Of a stretch of DNA of 64,000 nucleotides, positions 39,725 through 49,415 are shown in pieces (the first letter of the stretch is position 1; each line of letters opens with the position of its first letter). Location: the NCBI GenBank assembly GCA_017993055.1, contig JAGONM010000020.1, forward strand, positions 4,075 to 68,074, written 5' to 3'. Position numbers and translations under genes: made by a program. Origin of the DNA: Armatimonadota bacterium (GTDB taxonomy: Bacteria; Armatimonadota; UBA5829; DTJY01). Below the pieces are notes generated by a model that worked only from the letters and a program-made list of their open reading frames with translations, did no database searches and had not been told where the DNA came from.

Positions 39725-41221
39725 TTACTCTTCCTCCCCGCGGGCCTCTCGCGGCTTCATCCTGAGGTTCGTCCTGCTCCTTCGGGCGATCTGCTGCTTG
39801 ATCTTGCCCGAGTCGAAGGGATCATTCGCCTTCTTGAGGAGCTTCTGCATCGTCGCTTCCATCTCGTCCTGAAGCTTCTTGTGCGCCGGGTCGCCGATCA
39901 GGTTCTTCATCTGATAGGGATCGTTCTTGTTGTCGAAAAGTATCCAAGGCCCGTCGTACTCCAGACGAGCATACGTGTGTGTCTTCGTCCGGACGCCGCG
40001 CCATGGGGTCGCCGCGTTGCAGACCCACGGGCCGCCGCCGGGCTGCATCTTCATGATCAGCACGGCGTCCTGCTGGTCGGAACGCTTGCCGAGCGCCGCC
40101 TGGTCGAGGCTGATCCCCTCGACGCTCTTCGGAACCGGCGCGCCGGCGAGGGAGAGCAGCGTCGGCATGATGTCAATCGGTGAGAGGAGGGCGTCCGTCA
40201 CCGTGCCCTTGGGGATGCGCTTCGGATAGCGGACTATGAACGGGATCGAGATGGACTCCTCGAACGGCTCCTGCTTCAGGCACATCCGGTGCGAGCCGAG
40301 CATGTCGCCGTGATCCGACGAGAAGACCAGGATCGTGTCGTCGGCGATCCCGAGGTCATCGAGCGTCTTCATGATCCTCCCTACGAGCACGTCGAGCCCG
40401 TGGGTCGCCGAGTAGTAGCCCCAGAGGATCTCCCGCACGCCGTCGTCCGAATCGAGGTCCTTTCTCCACTTCGCGCGTTTCGGCGTCGGGCCCGATGCCT
40501 CGTCGGTCGGATGCTTCTCGAGTTGCTCGTCCACCAGCGCGCGCTCGGCCACATTCGTACGGAACTCCATCTTGTCCTTCTCGAAGCTCTTCATGTACCT
40601 GTCGGGCGCGATGTACGGGTTGTGCGGCGGGTTCCATGACATGAAGAGGCAGAACGGCTTGTCCTTGTTGGACTTGATGTACTCGACCGCCTTGTCCGTC
40701 TGAACCTCCGGGCGCCAGGTCTGCTTGCCGTCCGCCGAAGTCGAGATCATCTCGACCTGGGAAGGCTCCCAGTAGTCGAATCCGAGCCGCCGCCCGGGAA
40801 GGCGGTCCGGGATTCCCCCGCTCAGGTGCCACTTGCCGATGTAGCCGGTCGCGTACCCCTGAGCCTTCAGCGCGTCGGCGATGCACGTCTGGCCGTCCCA
40901 GATGGGCAGGTCGTTGTAGACTACGCCGTTGGTCATCGGGTAGCAGCCGGTCATCAGCATCGCGCGGAACGGCGAGCAGACCGGCCACGTGCTGATGGCG
41001 TTCGTGAACCGCGCGCCCTGCGACGCCAGCCTGTCAATGTTCGGCGTGACGGCCTGCTTGTCGCCATAGCATCCGAGCGCCTGTGCCCGGAGCTGGTCCG
41101 CGAAGACGAAGATCACGTTCGGCTTGCGCCCGGAATCGGCTGCCAGGCACTCCAGCCCGCCGAGCGCCATCCCGGCGGCGACGGCGCCTGTCCTCTTCAG
41201 AAACTCACGTCTGGTCTGCAT
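39725..41221 (-). CDS. Cys-type sulfatase with Tat signal
   Basis: MQTRREFLKRTGAVAAGMALGG Tat signal. CSPFRAMLMTGCYP signature. Confidence 0.85.
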   Translation of the reverse strand: MQTRREFLKRTGAVAAGMALGGLECLAADSGRKPNVIFVFADQLRAQALGCYGDKQAVTPNIDRLASQGARFTNAISTWPVCSPFRAMLMTGCYPMTNGVVYNDLPIWDGQTCIADALKAQGYATGYIGKWHLSGGIPDRLPGRRLGFDYWEPSQVEMISTSADGKQTWRPEVQTDKAVEYIKSNKDKPFCLFMSWNPPHNPYIAPDRYMKSFEKDKMEFRTNVAERALVDEQLEKHPTDEASGPTPKRAKWRKDLDSDDGVREILWGYYSATHGLDVLVGRIMKTLDDLGIADDTILVFSSDHGDMLGSHRMCLKQEPFEESISIPFIVRYPKRIPKGTVTDALLSPIDIMPTLLSLAGAPVPKSVEGISLDQAALGKRSDQQDAVLIMKMQPGGGPWVCNAATPWRGVRTKTHTYARLEYDGPWILFDNKNDPYQMKNLIGDPAHKKLQDEMEATMQKLLKKANDPFDSGKIKQQIARRSRTNLRMKPREARGEEE

Positions 41222-41497
41222 GGTGACACTCCAATCACGATCATCTGTTGCAGGAGCGGATTCCGCTCCGCGATTGGTTGTACTGCACGGACGCTTCTCG
41301 ATATGCTGCGCTACTCGAAGCTGTCGGTTCCGGCTGCGAAACAGAGCAACCGATCTCCCCGAGCAGCCGCTCTGGTGGCATAACGAGAGGCTAACCCAGC
41401 CCTTCGCGGACAGGAGTCAGCTCCTGCAGCGTGGTTCGGGAGGCCGTTGCAGGTCATGCCGACAGCATACTGCGCAGCGACATGCGGAAGGCCTCGC

Positions 41498-43036
41498 CTA
41501 CGGTCTCGCCGCCCTCCAGCCGTCCTTGAGCTGCCCGGCGAGCTTCGCGACGAGTCCCTTGCTCTCCGGCAGGCCGGCGATGTTCACGTTTCCCTGCGGA
41601 TCGGTCTTGTAGTCGTACAGCTCGACCCCGACCGGCGGCTCCCCGGAGCCCCTCTTGACCCACTCCGTGTAGCGGTACCTGTCCGTCCGCATTGAGTAAC
41701 CCATCACGCCGTCCGGGCGCGGGTACTGGCTGAAGGCCGCCCTTTTCCATGGGCGGTTGGGATGCTCTATGATCGGCACCAGGCTCGTTCCTTCGAGATC
41801 CCTCGGCACCGGCAGACCGGCGAGGTCGCAGAGGGTCGGGTAGATGTCCACGAACTCCGCGAGGGCCTCGGGTTTCGCTCCCTGGTGTTTCTGGCCGGGA
41901 ACGCTGATGATCAGCGGCGCGCGCGTGGCCTCCTCGAAGTTCGTGTGCTTGCACCAGATGTCGTGCTCGCCGAGTTGCCAGCCGTGATCGCCCCAGAGGA
42001 CGATAATGGTCTTCTCCCGCAGGCCGAGCCTCTCCAACTCGCCAATGACCCGACCGATCTGCGCGTCCGTGTAGCTCACGCACGCATAGTAGGCATGGAT
42101 CAGCTCGCGTGCCTTCGTGCGGTCAATCGGCCCGACGTCCGGGATATCCGTGTAGGCCCGCATCTCCGCCGAGTTGTAGAACGCCACCTCGGGCATGTCC
42201 TTCGGCTTGAACGGGTTCGGCGCGAGCTTGATCTCCGACGGGTCGTAGAGGTCGTGATACTTCTTCGGCGCGACCAACGGGAGGTGCGGCTTGTGGAAAC
42301 CGACCGCCAGGAAGAACGGCTTGTCCTTGATCTCGCGCAGGCACTCGATCGCCTTGTCCGCGGTCATGCCGTCCGCGAGCGCGTTGTCCGGGCAGTCGGG
42401 GCTCTCCCACGCCGGCCCCTTGAGCTTCACGTCGGCTCTGTCAACCTTGAGCGGCATCCCGGTCTCAGGATCGGTCTCGACTACGTGCTCCTTGTAGTCC
42501 TTCCCTTCGGCTATGAGCTGCTCCTCGAGCTTCTTCCTCGCCCTGATGCTTTCGGGTTTGAGATAGGTCGGAGCTTTCGGGTTCCAGTGCGGGACCGACC
42601 ACGAGGCCGCGTCGTCGAGTCCGGAGTGGTATATCTTGCTCAGCCCCTGCGCGAAGTACCCGTGCTTCATGAACTGCTGAGGAAGCGTCACGGCATCTGG
42701 CATGAACTTGCGGAAGTGGTACTGCAGGTTGTATATGCCGGTGGTATCCGGCCGCTTCCCGGTCATGAGCGAGGTGCGCGACGGGCTGCAGAGCGCCTGC
42801 TGGCAGTAGGCGCGCTTGAAGAGCGTCCCGCTCGCGGCCAGCTTGTCCATGTTCGGCGTCTTGATGATCGGCGCGCCGTAGCATCCCAGCGTCGTGCGCA
42901 TGTCGTCTCCGACGATGAACAGCACGTTGTACTTCTGGTCGGCCGCCCCGAAGGCGAACCGCGGCAGAACGCTCGACAACCCCGCGCATGCCCCGGCCAT
43001 CATTCCCGCCTTGATGAACTCCCGTCTTGATAACAT
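41498..43036 (-). CDS. Cys-type sulfatase with Tat signal
   Basis: MLSRREFIKAGMMAGA Tat signal. CSPSRTSLMTGKRPD signature. Confidence 0.85.
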   Translation of the reverse strand: MLSRREFIKAGMMAGACAGLSSVLPRFAFGAADQKYNVLFIVGDDMRTTLGCYGAPIIKTPNMDKLAASGTLFKRAYCQQALCSPSRTSLMTGKRPDTTGIYNLQYHFRKFMPDAVTLPQQFMKHGYFAQGLSKIYHSGLDDAASWSVPHWNPKAPTYLKPESIRARKKLEEQLIAEGKDYKEHVVETDPETGMPLKVDRADVKLKGPAWESPDCPDNALADGMTADKAIECLREIKDKPFFLAVGFHKPHLPLVAPKKYHDLYDPSEIKLAPNPFKPKDMPEVAFYNSAEMRAYTDIPDVGPIDRTKARELIHAYYACVSYTDAQIGRVIGELERLGLREKTIIVLWGDHGWQLGEHDIWCKHTNFEEATRAPLIISVPGQKHQGAKPEALAEFVDIYPTLCDLAGLPVPRDLEGTSLVPIIEHPNRPWKRAAFSQYPRPDGVMGYSMRTDRYRYTEWVKRGSGEPPVGVELYDYKTDPQGNVNIAGLPESKGLVAKLAGQLKDGWRAARP

Positions 43037-43060
43037 TATTTCGCCCCCATTCCTGGATTC

Positions 43061-44596
43061 CTACGGCCTCGCCGGCTTCCAGCCGGCTCTAAGCTGCTTG
43101 CTTAGCTGCGCAACGACCTCCCTGCTCTCCGGCAGGCCGGCGACGTTGATGTTTCCGCCGGGGTCGGTCTTGTAGTCGTAGAGCTCGACGGCCGCAGCCT
43201 CGCCGGTGTCTCTATTCTGCCACTCGGTGTAGCGGTAGCGGTCGGTCCGCATCGAGTAGCCCATGATGTTTCCGGGACGCGGATACTGGCTGAACGCGGC
43301 CTTCTTCCACTCGCGCGTCGGTTTGTCCATGACAGGTCTGAGACTGATCCCCTCGCAGTGCTTGGGGACCGGCACGCCCGCAAGGTCGCAGATCGTCGGG
43401 TAGATGTCCACGAACTCCGCGAGCGCGTCCGTTTTGGCGCCCCTGTTCTTCTGTCCCGGCGCGCTTATGATGAGCGGCGCGCGGGTTGCGATCTCGAAGT
43501 TGGTGTGCTTGCACCAGAGGCTGTGCTCGCCGAGGTGCCATCCATGATCGCCCCAGAGCACGATCACCGTCTTGTCGCGCAGGCCGAGCCTGTCGAGTTC
43601 GTCCACGACCCGGCCGATCTGAGCGTCCGAGTAGCTGGTGGCCGCGTAGTACGCGCGAATCAGCTCGCGCGCCCTGGCGTTGTCCATCGGGCCTACGTCC
43701 GGGATGTCGGTGTATGCTCGAAGCTCCGCCCAGTTGGTGAGCGCCTGAGACGGCGCGTCCTTCGGCGGAAAGCGGTTCGGCGCGAGTTTGATGTCCTTCG
43801 GGTCGTAGAGATCGAAGTACTTCTTCGGCGCGTTGAACGGCAGGTGCGGTTTCAGGAAGCCGCACGCGAGGAAGAACTTCTGATCTTTGACCCCTCGCAG
43901 GGTCTCGATGACCTTGTCCGCGGTGACGCCGTCCGGGTACGCGTTGTCCGGCACGTCGGCGTCCTCCCACGCCGGGCCCTTCAGCTTCGCGGCGTTCGTG
44001 GCGATTCTCAGCGCGAGACCTGTCTCGGGATCCCTCTCGACCACTTCGTCCTTGAGGTTGGCTCCCCTGGCCTTGAGCTGCGCCGCCATCTCCTTGCGGG
44101 CGGCGATGCTCTCAGGCTTGAGGTAGTGAGGCGCGCCGGGATTCCAGTGCGGCTCAGACCATGAAGCCGGGTCGTCGAGGCCCGGGTGGTATATCTTGCT
44201 GAACCCGAGTGACCGGTAACCGCGCTCTTTAAACAGTTGCGACAGGGTGACCGCGTCCGGCAGGAACTTGCGGAAGTGGTCCTCCAGGTTGTAGATCTTG
44301 GTGGTGTCGGGACGGCATCCCGTCATCACGGAAGTTCGCGACGGGCTGCACACCGCCTGCTGGCAGTATGCCCGGTTGAAGAGCGTCCCGCTAGCGGCCA
44401 GCTTGTCTATGTTCGGCGTCTTGATGGTCGGCGCGCCGTAGCATCCGAGCGTCGGCCGCAGATCGTCCACGACGATGAAGAGCACGTTGTACCTGCCCTG
44501 TTCCGCCGCTTCCGCCAGTCCGGATGCGAGCCCGGCCATCCCTGCGTAAGCCCCGGCCATCATCCCCGTCCTCAGGAAATCACGCCTCGTCAGCAT
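43061..44596 (-). CDS. Cys-type sulfatase with Tat signal (close paralog of 41498-43036)
   Basis: MLTRRDFLRTGMMAGA Tat signal. CSPSRTSVMTGCRPD signature. Confidence 0.85.
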   Translation of the reverse strand: MLTRRDFLRTGMMAGAYAGMAGLASGLAEAAEQGRYNVLFIVVDDLRPTLGCYGAPTIKTPNIDKLAASGTLFNRAYCQQAVCSPSRTSVMTGCRPDTTKIYNLEDHFRKFLPDAVTLSQLFKERGYRSLGFSKIYHPGLDDPASWSEPHWNPGAPHYLKPESIAARKEMAAQLKARGANLKDEVVERDPETGLALRIATNAAKLKGPAWEDADVPDNAYPDGVTADKVIETLRGVKDQKFFLACGFLKPHLPFNAPKKYFDLYDPKDIKLAPNRFPPKDAPSQALTNWAELRAYTDIPDVGPMDNARARELIRAYYAATSYSDAQIGRVVDELDRLGLRDKTVIVLWGDHGWHLGEHSLWCKHTNFEIATRAPLIISAPGQKNRGAKTDALAEFVDIYPTICDLAGVPVPKHCEGISLRPVMDKPTREWKKAAFSQYPRPGNIMGYSMRTDRYRYTEWQNRDTGEAAAVELYDYKTDPGGNINVAGLPESREVVAQLSKQLRAGWKPARP

Positions 44597-44606
44597 GGTG
44601 TCGCTC

Positions 44607-45599
44607 CTACTTCGTCCTCTGAACCAGAGGCAGGACGTTCGCCTCGATCGCCGCGTCGCCCTTCGACGGCTTGACGCCCTTGAACAGGTGCCAGCTCTCT
44701 ACCAGAGTGGCGCTCTCGCCCGGATCGAGTTTCGTGAGCGGCCCGAGGTCCTCCACCTCCATGAAGTTGCCGTCGGTGTAGGTCTCGAAGTTGCATCCGA
44801 AGTCCGGGTAAGCCGCGCCTTCGACATACGGGAAACTCTTGACGAACAGCAAATCGCCGAGTTGATACGCCGCCCAGCCCTGCTTGTTCGCCACGCCGAT
44901 CTTCTGCGGGATGCCGGCGCGCTTCTCGTCGGTGCTGAGCGTGACGTACTTCGCCCCGAACCCCCAGCGCGGGTCGCTCAGGTCGGTATAGTGCCAGAGC
45001 GTCATCGGCCTTGCCGGGAGCAGCTCGTCGTCGTGCGATATGAAAGGCTCCTGCGGGATGATCGTAGTGCCGCCGCCCGCGACTATCGTGAGACCCCACG
45101 GCGCGAGTTCTATCGGCCAGTGGCAGGCGTTGGTCAGCTTCTGAGTCAGGGTGACCTTCGTGCCCTCGGGGTCGAGCCGCACCAGCATCTCCCGCTGGAC
45201 GCGCGCCGGGCCGAGCTTGGGAGTGAGTCGGATCGAGTCGCCGCCGACTATCTCGAAGGCGACCGGCTCGTCGTCCGGCTCGTAGGTGCGGGGGAGCGAC
45301 TCGGGCGCGTGCCAGAGCCGGTGCCCTCCCCACGGGTGCCATTCCCCGAACTCGGTCTTGTTGACCGCGTCTTTGGTCATCTCGGCCAGGATGTTCTTTC
45401 CTCCGGCGAACCGGTAGCCGATCACCCTCGGGCCGATGTCCGTCGTCACGATGACGTCCACCGTGCCGTTGGAGAGCTTGTAGCAGTTGGGTTGGTTGAA
45501 ATACGGTATCTTCTCGATGTTCACCTTTGAGGCTCCTGTCGTGGGGATCGCGGCCAGCGCCGCCAACGCTCCCAGTAATACAGACACGCGAAAACGCAT
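44607..45599 (-). CDS. Secreted hypothetical protein
   Basis: ATG 45599 with GGGAGGGACGACA RBS. Signal peptide MRFRVSVLLGALAALAAIP. The ORF-track extension to 45746 is rejected. Confidence 0.4.
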   Translation of the reverse strand: MRFRVSVLLGALAALAAIPTTGASKVNIEKIPYFNQPNCYKLSNGTVDVIVTTDIGPRVIGYRFAGGKNILAEMTKDAVNKTEFGEWHPWGGHRLWHAPESLPRTYEPDDEPVAFEIVGGDSIRLTPKLGPARVQREMLVRLDPEGTKVTLTQKLTNACHWPIELAPWGLTIVAGGGTTIIPQEPFISHDDELLPARPMTLWHYTDLSDPRWGFGAKYVTLSTDEKRAGIPQKIGVANKQGWAAYQLGDLLFVKSFPYVEGAAYPDFGCNFETYTDGNFMEVEDLGPLTKLDPGESATLVESWHLFKGVKPSKGDAAIEANVLPLVQRTK

Positions 45600-45709
45600 T
45601 GTCGTCCCTCCCTCGATCGGTTCAGAGTTCGACGTTTCAAGGCCATTTTCGCCGCGTCGGATCGTCTGTCCTTTCTCGCTGCTCAAGACGCGCCGGCCGC
45701 CGAGATTGT

Positions 45710-46591
45710 TCAGGCGGTCTTCTCGGGGAAGAACGGGTTCGTCCACGCCCGGTTCCCGTTCCCGTCCACGACCTCCACGCGCAGGTAGTCGAGCATCGGG
45801 CTGAACTGCGCCTCGGCGGAGGTGAGCGGCTCGCCGTCAGCGTAGAACACCCGGCCGGTGGAGCGCCTTCCCACGAAGTGAATCTCCTTCGCCGGGGAGC
45901 ACCTTACCTTCAGCCTGCCGTCCTCCAGCCGCGCGTCCTCTATGGTCGGGCCGGTGGATGCGTAGAAGCATCCTTTCCTCAGCGCATCCATTACCGGCCC
46001 GACGGCGAGGCTCTCCGCCTTGATCATGGTCCATCCCATGAAGATGTCGCGTCCCCGATGGCAGTCGTCCACCGCCACCGCCGGGAGGAGCTTGCCCGCG
46101 TCCAGCAGGTCGTCCCACTGCACCGAGCTGAACCCCTTGCCGATCTTGGTGCAGGTGGCGTTGTAGACCTCGACGGCGATCGCGCCCTCTATCGGCATCA
46201 GGTGGCTGATGTTGTGGCCGCACCAGTACGGGTGGGCGATGATGACCTCTCCGCCGGCCTCGCGGACCATGTTGATGCGGGCCTGAGGGTCCGGCTCCTC
46301 CTGGAGTTCCAGCCCGTGCGGGACGTTCAGGCAGACGAAGTGGTACGGGTCGGCGTCCGGGCAGAGGGGGTGCGTCTCCATCCCGCTGATGACCAGCAGG
46401 CCGTCGCATGAGAGGCCGGCCACATCGTTCGTCTTGTTGTGGTCGGTGATCGCGAGGACATCGTATCCTCTCTCGCGGTACCGGCCGATCCGCTCCGCGG
46501 CGCAGGCATCCCCGTCGGAGATGGTGGTGTGCGTGTGAAGATTGGCCTTGTACCAGTTGCCGGGCGCGTCGAACGGGTTCGTGAACTGCAT
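45710..46591 (-). CDS. PHP domain (CehA/McbA-like) metal-dependent phosphoesterase
   Basis: ANLHTHTTISDGD and AITDHN PHP motifs. Confidence 0.6.
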   Translation of the reverse strand: MQFTNPFDAPGNWYKANLHTHTTISDGDACAAERIGRYRERGYDVLAITDHNKTNDVAGLSCDGLLVISGMETHPLCPDADPYHFVCLNVPHGLELQEEPDPQARINMVREAGGEVIIAHPYWCGHNISHLMPIEGAIAVEVYNATCTKIGKGFSSVQWDDLLDAGKLLPAVAVDDCHRGRDIFMGWTMIKAESLAVGPVMDALRKGCFYASTGPTIEDARLEDGRLKVRCSPAKEIHFVGRRSTGRVFYADGEPLTSAEAQFSPMLDYLRVEVVDGNGNRAWTNPFFPEKTA

Positions 46592-47617
46592 CTATCTCCT
46601 CTTTGTCGGCGGCGCCGATGCCAGAAAGACGCAGGCCTCGCGCACGCGGGTAATCTGATCGGGGGTCACCGTCAGGTAGCGGTGCCTGCCCTTCTCGTCG
46701 GCTGTGAATCTCGTGACGTTCTTCTCGTCCATCGTGATCCTGCCGTTCGGCGAGACTCCGAAGTAGCCCCTGTCCGGGCGGACGGCATAGAGGACCGCCG
46801 TCAGGTCCCAGGTCGGGCGGTCGTACGGCATCTTCATGTACGCCCGGTAAGCCTCGGCGACCGGGTGGTTCTTCACCCACCCGTAGTCCTTCTCGATGCT
46901 CTCGGCAGGGTAGAGTATCGCCGCCCCGATCTCGAACCCGCTCGCGGCGATCGGCGTAGGCCAGCGCTCGAAGACCCGGCGCGCGGACTCGGCGTCCTGC
47001 ACCACGTTGTACTCCCCGCCCGGGTCCGGCCCGAAGGCCCCCGCCATCATCACGTACTCCCGAACCTTCGCCTTCACGAGTTCCATGCCGGTGAGCGGCG
47101 ACGCCTTGTCCGGCTTCGAGTCGAGCAGCCGCGCGAGGTTCGTCATGAAACCGACGCTCACGATGACAACCGACCCGTCCGGCTGGGCGGCGAGGGTCTT
47201 GCGGAGAAGGCTCACCGCCTCCGGGGCGTCCGCGCCCGACCCGAGCCTACGGGGGTACGCGAACGCCTTTCCGTCCCTGCGCTCCGCCACGACCCTTGCG
47301 TATCCGTCGTCGGGAGTCTTGCCGTCTCGCACCGTGCCGATCGGCGTCCTCGGCCTGCCGTAGAAACGGTTGACCACGTCCACGTAGACCCCCGCCCACG
47401 GGTTGTCCTTGCTCACCGTCACGGCCAGCAGCTCGACCTCGCCCCGGTCAGCCAGCGTGTGGATCATCGCCAGAGCGAGCGCGTCGTCTATGTCGTTGCC
47501 GATGTCGGTGTCGAATATCATCTTCACGGGCGCGCCCGCCGCTCCCTCACAGCAGTTCATCGTCAGACCTCCCAGGGCGAGGATTCCCAACACGAGGCAC
47601 GTCGCTCTCATCCCCAA
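46592..47617 (-). CDS. Nucleoside hydrolase (IU-NH family)-like protein, secreted
   Basis: IFDTDIGNDIDDALAL aspartate-cluster motif. Signal peptide. Confidence 0.55.
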   Translation of the reverse strand: MGMRATCLVLGILALGGLTMNCCEGAAGAPVKMIFDTDIGNDIDDALALAMIHTLADRGEVELLAVTVSKDNPWAGVYVDVVNRFYGRPRTPIGTVRDGKTPDDGYARVVAERRDGKAFAYPRRLGSGADAPEAVSLLRKTLAAQPDGSVVIVSVGFMTNLARLLDSKPDKASPLTGMELVKAKVREYVMMAGAFGPDPGGEYNVVQDAESARRVFERWPTPIAASGFEIGAAILYPAESIEKDYGWVKNHPVAEAYRAYMKMPYDRPTWDLTAVLYAVRPDRGYFGVSPNGRITMDEKNVTRFTADEKGRHRYLTVTPDQITRVREACVFLASAPPTKRR

Positions 47618-47624
47618 CCGCCTT

Positions 47625-48257
47625 TCAGACCCTTTCCGGCTTCGGCTCGGCCGGGCCGTGCGCGTGCTCCCAGAGGTGGCCCGGACGCTTCGCGCCTTCC
47701 ATCGTCGTCTCGAAGAAGACCGCCGCCCCCGGCTCGATCACCCTCTGCACGTCGTGGTGATGGCCCATCCCGGTCGCCACGCAGTCCCCGGGCCCGACCT
47801 CGAAGGACTTCCCCTCCGACACCGCGACGCACCGCCCGCTGAAGAAGATCCAGTACTCGTCGCAGTCGTGGAAGTGGTTGTCGAAGCTGGTCGTCTTCGG
47901 GTACTCGGTCTTGTCGCCCCGCTCGACCGGGTTTTCGTCGTTCCACACGGGGAAAATGCCCGAGCCGCCGACTTCGTCGCCCCACCGTCCGCACATGCGG
48001 ATGAGGACGGCCTCCTCGGTGACGTCGGTCACCTCGAAATGAGCGCCGGGCGCAAGGTCGAGGTTCGCGTTGGGTTCGGCGTCAACCGCCCGGCCGCCGG
48101 ACGACACCCTGCACTTCCCGCCGCAGACGATGAGCTTTTCCCTCTCGCCGACCCGCTCGAAGACCTTCGTCTCGCCGGGAGCGAGACGAGTGACGTCGAA
48201 ATACTCCATCTCGCACCACGAGGGCGCGAGTCCCTTCCCGGACCTGAATACCGGCAT
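47625..48257 (-). CDS. Cupin domain protein
   Basis: Two cupin-like beta-barrel segments. HHHD metal-ligand-like motif. Confidence 0.4.
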   Translation of the reverse strand: MPVFRSGKGLAPSWCEMEYFDVTRLAPGETKVFERVGEREKLIVCGGKCRVSSGGRAVDAEPNANLDLAPGAHFEVTDVTEEAVLIRMCGRWGDEVGGSGIFPVWNDENPVERGDKTEYPKTTSFDNHFHDCDEYWIFFSGRCVAVSEGKSFEVGPGDCVATGMGHHHDVQRVIEPGAAVFFETTMEGAKRPGHLWEHAHGPAEPKPERV

Positions 48258-48299
48258 GTGCTGCCTCCATCTGGATTCGCGGCGATCATCCGCCGCCGG

Positions 48300-49400
48300 T
48301 CAGTATACGCATTCCCTCAAGGCGTCCGCGAATGCCTGCAGGTTCTCCGGGTCGCCGTGGAAGAAGTGGTCGCTCGGACAGCAGATGTACCCGCCGTTCG
48401 GGCATGCCGCGTGCAGTTCATGGACCATCTCCCTGACGATCTCCGGCGTCCCGTGCTCGAAGCCGCGGTTCTGGTCGAACCCCCCGACGAAGAACAGCCT
48501 GTCGCCCACCAGCTTTTCGGCCAGCGCCAGATCGCAGTCGGCCCCCATGCTCGGCGGAGTCATCGTCTCCAGCCCGTCCGAGCCGTTCGCGGCGACGAGG
48601 TCGAGCATCTTCATCAGCCCGCCGCAGAGGTGGTAGACGACCTTGTACCCCGCCGCGTGGAGCGCGTCAACCTGCTGTCTGTCGTAAGGCAGGCAGAACT
48701 CCTCGTGGAGCTTCGGGCTTATGACCGTATTCGATCCCGCGCCGCCGCCAAGCTCGATCAGGTCGAGAGGGACCTCGCCGGCCATCATTTCGACGACCTT
48801 CAACTGCTTTGCGACTATCGCCTGCTCGACGTGATGCACCCACTCCGGCTCGTCCACCGCGAACATGATCGCCTCCTGGGTGCCGACCATGAAGCAGAAG
48901 CTCTGCCACGCCCCGACCTGCCCGTAGCTCCACAGGCCGCCCCTCACGATCCCCCTGTCGCCGAGCCTCTCCAGGCACGCCTTCACCGGCGAGCCGTCCA
49001 CGCCGCTGGGCACGGGGAAGTACCGGTCGAACAGCTCGAAGTCCCGCTTCGTCTTGATCAGCGGCTCGGTCGTCCACGGCGTGATCTCGCTGGCAGCCCC
49101 CGCGGTGTGCAGTTCGCCGCCGGGCGTCCTGATCGTCTGGGTCCAACTCCGGACGCCGTCCGCGTCCGTGCCGAGGTCGGTGTGCTCGACCTGCCAGTTC
49201 GCAAGGTCGCGCTCGTCGTACGACCATTTCGGCCCGACGTAGATCGCCATGTCGAGCCCGAACCGCTCGTAGGCTTCGAACTGGTCAACGCCGCCGAGGT
49301 AGTGCTGCAGGTAGTGCGCCATCCAGCCGTGAACCTGCCCCGGCAGGCGGTCGGGCTTGCCGTTGTTGATGGCGGTGAGCATTCGTTCCCGCGGACTCAT
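48300..49400 (-). CDS. URO-D/MtaA-like family protein (paralog 3)
   Basis: MSPRERMLTAINNGKPDRLPGQVHGW. Confidence 0.5.
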   Translation of the reverse strand: MSPRERMLTAINNGKPDRLPGQVHGWMAHYLQHYLGGVDQFEAYERFGLDMAIYVGPKWSYDERDLANWQVEHTDLGTDADGVRSWTQTIRTPGGELHTAGAASEITPWTTEPLIKTKRDFELFDRYFPVPSGVDGSPVKACLERLGDRGIVRGGLWSYGQVGAWQSFCFMVGTQEAIMFAVDEPEWVHHVEQAIVAKQLKVVEMMAGEVPLDLIELGGGAGSNTVISPKLHEEFCLPYDRQQVDALHAAGYKVVYHLCGGLMKMLDLVAANGSDGLETMTPPSMGADCDLALAEKLVGDRLFFVGGFDQNRGFEHGTPEIVREMVHELHAACPNGGYICCPSDHFFHGDPENLQAFADALRECVY

Positions 49401-49415
49401 GGTTCGTCGTCCTTC

